Part shown: positions 1 through 6,766 of the stretch, in pieces | Numbering within the stretch: position 1 is the stretch's first letter | Layout of the letters: every line of letters begins with the position of its first letter | NCBI GenBank assembly: GCA_030754595.1 | Contig: JASLZZ010000077.1 | Location: 44,577-108,576, forward strand | Reading direction: 5' to 3' | Length of the DNA stretch: 64,000 nt | Origin: Nitrospinota bacterium | GTDB lineage: Bacteria > UBA8248 | Notes under the pieces: model-generated | What the model was told of the DNA's origin: nothing | Seen by the model: only the letters and a program-made list of their open reading frames with translations | The model's database searches: none | Program-made: the position numbers and the translations under genes

Positions 1-1428
1 AAACTATCGGTTTCGGTTGAGCGCTGCGATATTCTCGCCGCACAGTGTTCGGACCTGAGCGGAGAGCTGGAGCGGATCGAAGTCGGCCGCCGGGAGGCGG
101 AAAGAGAGTCGGACAGGGTGGGGGCGGTCTTGCGGGATGCCGAGACCCGCAGTGCGGAAATCGAGAAAGAACAGACTCGCGCAGGAGAGCAGGCCGCCCG
201 TCTGGAAGAGGAGGTCTCCGACAGGCGCGTCCAGATGTCCGAGGCACAAGGGAAGGCCACCGGCCTGCGGGCGGAGCTCAACCGGGTTGCGGAGACGATT
301 CAACAGAACATCTCCCGGGCGGCCCGAAGGAGGGAAGAGGAGGAGGACTCTTGCCAAAAACGCGAGAGTCTGAATTTGAATCTCACCCAGAGCCATGATG
401 AAATTGATCGGTTCAGGAGAGAGAAATCCGGGCTCGAGACAGAGCAAGGGGAGCGTTCCAGCGTCGTGGACGATGTTCGTGCCCGCGACGAAGAGCTGGC
501 TAATCTTTTGCGGGAGATGCGGGATGAAGCTGTACGCATCCAGTCAAGTCTCTCCGAGGCGGCCGAGCGGCGGACCACCCTACGTGTCCAGCGAAATTCG
601 ATGGTCGAATCGGCGCGAAACGATTTCGACCTTGATCTAATCGCATTGGCCCAAGAAAATAAGGAGCAGCTCACAAGTTACGATGAGCACACCACCCGGC
701 TCGAAATGCTTCGAACGCGGTTGTCACGGATGGGTGTTGTGAATCCGCTGGCTGCCCAGGAGTTCGACGAGATCAACCAAGAATACTCCTTCCTCAAGGA
801 GCAGCAGGAGGATCTAGAGAAGTCCATTAAGGACCTTCATTTAACCATCGATAAGCTGAACCAGACGACGAGAAGGCGTTTCCTGGAGGCTTTCGAGCAG
901 GTGAGCACTCAATTCGCGGATATTTTCGGACGCCTGTTCCAAGGTGGGGAGGCGCGCATGTACCTCATCGACCCGAATGACCCTCTTGAGACGGGGGTGG
1001 ACATCGAGGTGCGGCCACCGGGCAAGCGTCCGGCGAACATCATGCTCCTCTCGGCAGGCGAGAAGGCACTGACGGCGCTGGCGCTGCTCTTTTCGGTCTT
1101 CTCCGTTCGCCCGAGCCCTTTCTGTCTCCTCGACGAGGTGGACGCTACTCTTGACGATGCAAACGTGGGCCGGTTTCGTGACGTAATCGCCGAGCTCGAA
1201 GACAAGAGCCAGTTCATTCTGATCACCCACAACAAGCGGACGATGTCCTACGCTACCCGACTCTACGGCGTGACCCAGCGCGAGAAGGGCGTGTCCATCA
1301 TTGTTTCGGTGAAAATGAATCGCGCTGATGAAAACGAAAATCGCGCCGACGGCCGAGAGGTGGCCGAGGCGGAAGTTGCCACTGAAGGCGAGGAAGTGGC
1401 TGCGGCGATGGATTCCGGTAGCGCCTAG
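1..1428 (+). CDS. smc: Chromosome segregation ATPase SMC, C-terminal part (5' end outside window)
   Basis: Frame is open from base 1. Coiled coil, then SMC head: MGVVNPLAAQEF, LLSAGEKAL signature, PSPFCLLDEVDA Walker B, QFILITHNK, LYGVT. Followed by ftsY, a common pairing. Confidence 0.96.
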   Translation, partial: KLSVSVERCDILAAQCSDLSGELERIEVGRREAERESDRVGAVLRDAETRSAEIEKEQTRAGEQAARLEEEVSDRRVQMSEAQGKATGLRAELNRVAETIQQNISRAARRREEEEDSCQKRESLNLNLTQSHDEIDRFRREKSGLETEQGERSSVVDDVRARDEELANLLREMRDEAVRIQSSLSEAAERRTTLRVQRNSMVESARNDFDLDLIALAQENKEQLTSYDEHTTRLEMLRTRLSRMGVVNPLAAQEFDEINQEYSFLKEQQEDLEKSIKDLHLTIDKLNQTTRRRFLEAFEQVSTQFADIFGRLFQGGEARMYLIDPNDPLETGVDIEVRPPGKRPANIMLLSAGEKALTALALLFSVFSVRPSPFCLLDEVDATLDDANVGRFRDVIAELEDKSQFILITHNKRTMSYATRLYGVTQREKGVSIIVSVKMNRADENENRADGREVAEAEVATEGEEVAAAMDSGSA

Positions 1429-1466
1429 GCCCTCCTTGCGATTTCGATTGAGCTGAGAATACTGCC

Positions 1467-1504
1467 AACCCCCGCGGCACATTCGGCTGCGGGGGTTCTT
1501 CTTT
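1467..1504 (+). terminator. Putative intrinsic terminator after smc
   Basis: Stem AACCCCCGCGGC / GCTGCGGGGGTT with a 7-nt loop, followed by CTTCTTT. Confidence 0.6.
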
Positions 1505-1530
1505 GAAACATCTCTAAAGAGGGGGATCGA

Positions 1531-2532
1531 GTGGTCCTTCGATTCGGCGAAAAGAAAACGGCCGGGGATATTCCCTCCGAAATTGGAGATGCGGGAAGTG
1601 GCGGCGCCCGGAGATGGCTGGGCGGTCTCCGACGGGGGCTGTCCAAGACCCGCGCTTCTCTCGCATCGACCTTAGGTGTGGTCCTTTCCGGCATATCTCG
1701 GCTCGATCCCGAGTCTATCGACGACATCGAGGAGGCGCTCTATATGGCCGATATCGGCCCGACCACCGTAGAGGCAGTCATGGAGGCGCTCCGTCGCGGC
1801 GAGGGTGAGGGCGAGAGCCCGAGCACGCGCGTGCGCTCGATTCTGCTCTCACTCATGGAGCACCCGGCCCAGTTTCCGCCCGCTAAGGGCGAAGGGTCGC
1901 CCGAAGGCGAACCCGAGATCGTCTTCCTCGTCGGCGTCAACGGCTCCGGAAAAACAACAACGGCGGGCAAACTTGCCTCCCGCCTCGCCGCTGAGGGGCG
2001 AAAAGTCATGTTCGCCGCCGCCGACACCTTCCGCGCTGCAGCTGGCGAACAGGTCGAGGTCTGGGCGGAGCGAAGCGGATGCCACATCGTCCGCCACAAG
2101 GAGGGCGCCGACCCCGGCGCCGTGGTATTCGATGCTATCGCCTCCGCCCGCGCGCGCGGGGCCGATATCCTCCTCGTCGACACCGCCGGCCGCCTCCACA
2201 CCAAGAAAAACCTCATGGACGAACTCATCAAAGTCCGCCGCGTTGCCGAGCGCCAGCTCCCCGGCGCCCCGCACGAGATCCTTCTTGTCCTCGACGCCAC
2301 CTCCGGCCAGAACGCCCTCGCCCAGGTGCGTGAATTCGGCCCCGCACTAGGCGTCACAGGCCTCGTCGTCACTAAACTCGACGGCTCCGCCAAGGGCGGC
2401 GTCCTCATCGGCGCCGTCCACGAAAGCGGCCTCCCCGTCCGCTGGATAGGCGTCGGCGAGGGCACGGACGACCTCCTCCCCTTCGACGCCAAGGCCTTCA
2501 CCGACGCCCTGTTCGAGGCCGAGGGGGCCTGA
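1531..2532 (+). CDS. ftsY: Signal recognition particle receptor FtsY
   Basis: GVNGSGKTTT, AADTFRAAA, DTAGR, TKLDGSAKGG and IGVGE motifs of the SRP GTPase. Short N-terminus with no long acidic domain. Confidence 0.97.
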   Translation: MVLRFGEKKTAGDIPSEIGDAGSGGARRWLGGLRRGLSKTRASLASTLGVVLSGISRLDPESIDDIEEALYMADIGPTTVEAVMEALRRGEGEGESPSTRVRSILLSLMEHPAQFPPAKGEGSPEGEPEIVFLVGVNGSGKTTTAGKLASRLAAEGRKVMFAAADTFRAAAGEQVEVWAERSGCHIVRHKEGADPGAVVFDAIASARARGADILLVDTAGRLHTKKNLMDELIKVRRVAERQLPGAPHEILLVLDATSGQNALAQVREFGPALGVTGLVVTKLDGSAKGGVLIGAVHESGLPVRWIGVGEGTDDLLPFDAKAFTDALFEAEGA

Positions 2533-2594
2533 GGGGGATAACCCGAAAATATCGATCCGCCCGCGAGCCAACCCACATTTTCGATCATTTCTGC

Positions 2595-2790
2595 GCAATT
2601 CCTCCGCCCGCACAGCACTCCCGCGGGGAGCACTACCCGCAATTCTTCCGGTCCGCTAGAGCTATCTCCCCTCCTGTGGGTCAGCACTCTCCTGCCGGGT
2701 GCCGCGTTTCCATGGGCGAGGTAGCGCTTCCGTCAAGGTAGTGCCCTCCCATAAAGAGGGCTCTCTGTAGCTTCCGTCAAGGAAAATACT
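2595..2790. repeat. Cluster of degenerate short repeats and hairpins (GTAGC../AGCACTC family)
   Basis: GCAATTCCTCCG (2595) vs GCAATTCTTCCG (2639). CAGCACTC at 2613 and 2682. GTAGC(GC)TTCCGTCAAGG at 2721 and 2767. 2721-2745 matches 3595-3619 at 19/25 positions. Confidence 0.55.
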
Positions 2791-2814
2791 GCCGACTCTA
2801 CTGCCCGTACAACT

Positions 2815-2845
2815 CCCTCCCCCGCCGGGGGAGGGCTGGGGTGGG
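2815..2845. repeat. REP-like GC palindrome
   Basis: CCCTCCCCC-GCC-GGGGGAGGG-CT-GGGGTGGG: perfect 9-bp stem followed by a G-rich tail. Confidence 0.55.
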
Positions 2846-2890
2846 TGTATTTAAAAACGCGCAAAATCCGCCCCGGGCCCCATATTAGTA

Positions 2891-2999
2891 GAAGTCATTT
2901 CATAACCCATTCCCGAGGTTTCCACCCCTGTGAGAAGGCCGATAAAATCAAGGCCTTTGACGGACGAAGATTCCGCGAAAGAGGTTATGAAATGACCTC
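2891..2999. mobile_element. MITE-like miniature inverted-repeat element (109 bp)
   Basis: TIRs GAAGTCATTTCATAACC (2891-2907) and GGTTATGAAATGACCTC (2983-2999), 16/17 complementary. Flanked by TA/TA, or by AGT/AGT if the element is 2890-3000. Too short to encode a transposase. Confidence 0.72.
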
Positions 3000-3100
3000 T
3001 AGTCAAGTGAAAGCGCCCTCTCCCAGACGGTGCACCCCTCACGGGAAAGCACTACAGCCCCGACCTGCCCCGATCTCCCGGCCCCGCGAAGGAGATCGCC

Positions 3101-3598
3101 ATGCCCCTCCGTAAACTCAGGGAATCCCTCGACCAGGCGGGCGTCCGCTACACCCTCATCCGCCACTCCCCCGCCATGACCGCCCAGGAGGTGGCCGCCT
3201 CCGCCCACACCCCCGGCAAGGAAGTCGCCAAGACCGTCATGGTCCTCCTCAACCGCCGGATGGCCATGGCCGTCCTGCCCGCCTCCTACAAGGTCGATTT
3301 CCGCCGGCTCCGCGAGGCCTCCGGCGCCGACGAAGCCCGCCTCGCCACCGAGGCCGAGTTCGGCGAAAAATTCCCCGAGTGCGAGCTCGGTGCCATGCCC
3401 CCCTTCGGCAACCTCTACGGCATGGAGGTCTACGCCTCAGAGTCTCTCGCCGAGGACGATGAGATCGCCTTCAGCGCCGGCGCCCATACCGAGTTCATCC
3501 GCCTCGCCTACGACGACTTCGAGCGCCTCGCCCGGCCCACCGTCATCCGCTTTTCCGAGCCCGCCCTCCCCGCCGCCCACGGGCCGGATATTTGGTAG
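3101..3598 (+). CDS. YbaK/EbsC/ProX-family aminoacyl-tRNA deacylase
   Basis: HSPAMTAQEVA, EVAKTVMV, RLATEAEF, CELGAMPPFGN motifs. AAGGAG RBS upstream. Confidence 0.9.
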   Translation: MPLRKLRESLDQAGVRYTLIRHSPAMTAQEVAASAHTPGKEVAKTVMVLLNRRMAMAVLPASYKVDFRRLREASGADEARLATEAEFGEKFPECELGAMPPFGNLYGMEVYASESLAEDDEIAFSAGAHTEFIRLAYDDFERLARPTVIRFSEPALPAAHGPDIW

Positions 3599-3688
3599 CA
3601 CTCACGTCAAGAGAGTGCTGTAGCTCCCAATGGGAGTGCTGTAGCCCTCCAAATGGGCAGCCAGCACTTCTCTGGGCGGGGAGTGCTA
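3595..3688. repeat. Tandem array of four GTAGC-tagged hairpins; the first is CIRCE-like
   Basis: GTAGCACTC-N9-GAGTGCTGT (3595-3621), then GTAGCTCCC-AAT-GGGAGTGCT, GTAGCCC-TCCAAAT-GGGC and AGCACTTCTC-TGGGC-GGGGAGTGCT. Units start at 3595, 3620, 3641 and 3661. Confidence 0.65.
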
Positions 3689-3744
3689 TCTCTTCGGTTG
3701 GGGAGGGGAAGCGTGGGAGTGAAGCCGTTAGATCCCGTCACATC

Positions 3745-4116
3745 TCATTTATTCAATTCCATATTCTCTTTAAACTCTGCTTCGTCCCGCTTGTATTGCC
3801 TGAGCCTTTCCGATTTCCAGGCGATTCCTTTTCCAACCACGACACCCGCCGCCAACAAGGCGAGCGTTCCCAAGGTGTTTTCGATGACACTTTGACCAAC
3901 ACCAAGCAATAGGTTCGCCGTTCCTTTCGCCAAGGATGCAACGCCTTCATTCACCACCACCCCCATCGCGAAATCAATCGGAAGCCGGTAAGCCCCCTCC
4001 AGCGCGGCCCAGGCCCCCTTGCTCAGATCCCTGGCGGCACCCAATCCCGCCAGGTAAAACGGAAGGCTGATTCCCTTGTTCACCAGGTACCAGGCCAGAT
4101 TCACCGCCTTATTCAT
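3745..4116 (-). CDS. Small hydrophobic hypothetical protein, probably membrane-associated
   Basis: 123-aa ORF from ATG 4116, just after the stop of the nuclease pseudogene. Gly/Ala/Leu-rich with hydrophobic segment TLGTLALLAAGVVVGKGIAW and a charged tail. Confidence 0.55.
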   Translation of the reverse strand: MNKAVNLAWYLVNKGISLPFYLAGLGAARDLSKGAWAALEGAYRLPIDFAMGVVVNEGVASLAKGTANLLLGVGQSVIENTLGTLALLAAGVVVGKGIAWKSERLRQYKRDEAEFKENMELNK

Positions 4117-4131
4117 CTCGATCCGCCCCAA

Positions 4132-5098
4132 TTAATCTTTCTCTTCAACCAGTTCAAAGAAACGGTTAACCGTTCCAAGAAATTCGTCGAGTTCCTCATC
4201 AGTGAAATACCGCTCCCCGTCTTCTCCGAAGATTTCCCTGGTCTTTTCCTATGGAATTGCAAAAAACTCCGCGAACGCACTTGAAACAACCCAAAGGTAA
4301 TGCTTTCCCGCCTCTATAAGGTTGTGTCCAATATGTGAACAAACACCTTCGGGCGTTCCCCTGTGGTGCGTACATGATGCTGGCCTTAAGAGGCCGAAGC
4401 CTAAGACCGTGCCTGATTGCGGTCTCGTATGCCTCACGGAATTTCACACCGATACCGTTCTCTGCCGCTTTTTCAAGCAGGTTTTCAACTGTCATCCTGG
4501 GGGGCTTCAGATCTTTCAGGTTGTCCGTTTCGGATTCGGTCATTTCGCGTACAAGAATTTGTCCTCTGGGCTCGGACTGAAAAACCTGGAAAGAAACGAC
4601 CGTTATCTGAATTTCCTTTCTGGACAGATATTCAACCATCCGGTCGAGTCCGGCATCCTATCCGGTCCCGACGACATATATCTCAACCTCTCTTTCCTCA
4701 TCGGGAGGGTCATTAGTTCCGATGCGCTCTTTAAGGATTTCTTCGAGATTTTTAGTCTCTCCGGATTTCTTAAGATTATCGCTCACCTTATCGGAGAGTT
4801 CGGTGAAGGGCATTTCTTCGATGCAAGAGGCATAGTCGATAGCCTGAGCGACAGTTTCGCGGCGCACCATACCTTTTTTTATCTCAATCAAGACCCATCG
4901 CCCCTGATGGTCCAATGCAAGCAAATCAAGAGGACCAGCCTCGACGTATATCTGTCTCCCGATTATTTTGAGGCCGCCCAAGAGAAGAGACGGGTCGTTT
5001 TCAATCCAATCTTCGAGGTGCTTTTCCAGGGACACATCCCCAGAACCCAATCTCTTCGGGCCATTGTCACTAATTTGCCAAAGCCCGATTTGTTGCAA
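4132..5098 (-). pseudogene. NucS/DUF91-like PD-(D/E)xK endonuclease, disrupted
   Basis: N-terminal domain LEKHLEDWI..IIGRQ..LDLLALD..VLIEIKK..AQAIDYAS. In-frame TAG at 4658-4660 (GTG*DAGLDRMVEYL). Frameshift near 4300-4320. Second in-frame TAG at 4249-4251 (AIP*EKTREIF). Final TAA at 4132-4134. GGAG RBS before TTG 5098. Confidence 0.8.
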
Positions 5099-5273
5099 GA
5101 ATTTCTCCAATCGGAAATAGAAATCTTTTGGCGAAATAATTAGAGCGGTCTTACCTATTGACTTGCGGTCTGCCTTCCCTTGAGGGCAGATACAAGAGTT
5201 ACTCCGAAATCAATCCACCCTTACATGCTTTTCCAATTAAATAGCTAACAAAGAAGGTAAATGCGCCAATAAC

Positions 5274-5720
5274 TTAGGCGGAAAATTGGGAGTGATTGTC
5301 ATTTATCCAAGCGTCGACAATTTCCCTGAATTCATTCGCCTTCTCTAGCAAATCCTTGGCCTCTGAATCAGAAGTAATGCCTGCGATGTCATAATCAACA
5401 TTGTGTCTCTTTCTTCTGCATTGATCAAAGTAATCCACCATGTCATCCAGGTTGCCGCCCAGGGCCAACCGCACTGCCTCAAGGGTAGTTACATGGTGGC
5501 CAGGTTTCTCGGGAATACGGTAACCCTCACAAGCTATAACCATCCTTGATAATTGAAGGACCGCATTATATGAAGTGGCCAGACAACGGTCCGCGGAAAG
5601 ACCGGGCAGGGACGAATCGGCAAGGTCGCGCCCTACCACACCTCGAAGGCTTTCAATCTCTTCCTTGCTGGTTTTGTGGTTCTGTATCTTTCCCGCTACC
5701 AATAACATTTTCCATGACAT
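5274..5720 (-). CDS. HEPN-domain protein (putative toxin partner of MNT)
   Basis: ~148 aa, predicted helical, with SYNAVL..EGYR..GHH and CRRKRHNVDY HEPN-type motif. Overlaps the end of the upstream MNT gene. GGAG RBS. Confidence 0.72.
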   Translation of the reverse strand: MSWKMLLVAGKIQNHKTSKEEIESLRGVVGRDLADSSLPGLSADRCLATSYNAVLQLSRMVIACEGYRIPEKPGHHVTTLEAVRLALGGNLDDMVDYFDQCRRKRHNVDYDIAGITSDSEAKDLLEKANEFREIVDAWINDNHSQFSA

Positions 5721-6357
5721 GAACATCTCCTATCAGGAAAAATTTCTCATCATTAAAAACAGTTCGAAGGAAATGATTATTTTGCTCCAATTTATCGACA
5801 ACCTCTTGGCAAGTTAAGAATGTCGGATTCACGTCCCGCCCTAACTTCCTCTCTGCTTCACTGATTTTGGACGCGATTTCCGACAAGCGTAATGAGCCAA
5901 CCACAAGCAAATCCACATCGCTCTCGGAATGTTCTTCCGAGCGTGCAAAAGAGCCATACACAAAAGAAAAATCTATTTTCCCGGCAAATGGTTCCAGCAC
6001 TTCTCTTAATACATCCAACAAACCCACGGACTTTGTGAGTAAATTCTTGATATCTACAAGTAAAGGATTGTCGGTATTAGGTTGATAGTAAATGTTCCTT
6101 CCTTCTTGGCTGCGATTTAAAATTCCGGCTTCTGTTAATTTTATTAGCTCATTTCGAAGGCTGGAAGGATTCCGGTTTAAGTGTCTCGACAAATCCGCCA
6201 AATACCATCTCTTCTTTGAATGCATTATCGTAGCGGTTAATACTTCCTGCCTGATTTTTGGCATTAAAGCATCGATTGTTTTTTTCCCGGTTTTTCGTTT
6301 TGTGGCATTTGAATATTCGGGGGCGCTTGAAGAGGAATTCAAATCCTGGGCCATCAT
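5653..6357 (-). CDS. Winged-HTH plus minimal nucleotidyltransferase (MNT) protein
   Basis: N-terminal wHTH (YLADLSRHL..SSLRNELIKLTEAGIL..GRNIYY), then VYGSFAR..SESDVDLLVVG (GS-x10-DxD polymerase-beta motif). Confidence 0.88.
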   Translation of the reverse strand: MMAQDLNSSSSAPEYSNATKRKTGKKTIDALMPKIRQEVLTATIMHSKKRWYLADLSRHLNRNPSSLRNELIKLTEAGILNRSQEGRNIYYQPNTDNPLLVDIKNLLTKSVGLLDVLREVLEPFAGKIDFSFVYGSFARSEEHSESDVDLLVVGSLRLSEIASKISEAERKLGRDVNPTFLTCQEVVDKLEQNNHFLRTVFNDEKFFLIGDVHVMENVIGSGKDTEPQNQQGRD

Positions 6358-6541
6358 CCTTATTTCCTTCTATTCCTTTTTCTCTTCACAATTTCATGAA
6401 AATTTTCTCAACTCCAATATTTCCTATTTTTAAAACTTTTCTGGTTCACACATTACAACTCAAAATATATACACTAATTACACCTATGATGCGGATTCAA
6501 AGGGTTAGTCAAAAACGGCAAAATACAGATAACATATTTAT

Positions 6542-6554
6542 AATCAAATGCTTA
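6542..6554 (+). promoter_or_regulatory. Possible IHF-binding site upstream of the MNT-HEPN islet
   Basis: AATCAAATGCTTA fits WATCAA-N4-TTR, in a very AT-rich tract. Confidence 0.3.
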
Positions 6555-6739
6555 TATTGATTACTAGAAAGAAATAGAAAAATAATTCGTAATGGTGCTT
6601 TGAGTGCTTTACGCCCACAACTAAAAGGGTCGCTCAGGCAACATCGCTCTATCTTCGGAATTAACAGGATTTTTTTTATTCGATAGGCGGCGATCTCCCG
6701 CCTCGGGTCCTACAGTGTTCCCCACCTTACTCGCCGAAC

Positions 6740-6766
6740 TAAACTTTCCCTCCCCGGGAAAGTTTA
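6740..6766. terminator. Hairpin overlapping the PBP1A stop codon (possible terminator)
   Basis: TAAACTTTCCC-TCCCC-GGGAAAGTTTA perfect 11-bp stem, but no clear U-tract. Confidence 0.35.

Noticed and set aside
2845..3114. 89-aa ORF spanning the MITE-like element
   Set aside because: No motif or RBS, and it crosses the element boundaries; likely spurious
3595..3690. CRISPR array or mini-array
   Set aside because: Units are 20-25 nt, degenerate and abutting, with no unique 30-40 nt spacers and no cas genes in the window
4249..4660. Genome-wide TAG recoding or pyrrolysine in the host
   Set aside because: Core genes smc, lysS, lpxA and lpxK end in TAG at their expected C-termini, and no pyl genes are visible
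5110..5280. Integron attC site between the islet genes
   Set aside because: No convincing RYYYAAC..GTTRRRY pair with a long imperfect stem, and no integron integrase
3680..6700. Direct repeats (att sites) bounding the AT-rich islet
   Set aside because: Only short, weak similarities (GAGTGCT, TCTTCGG); no integrase or tRNA
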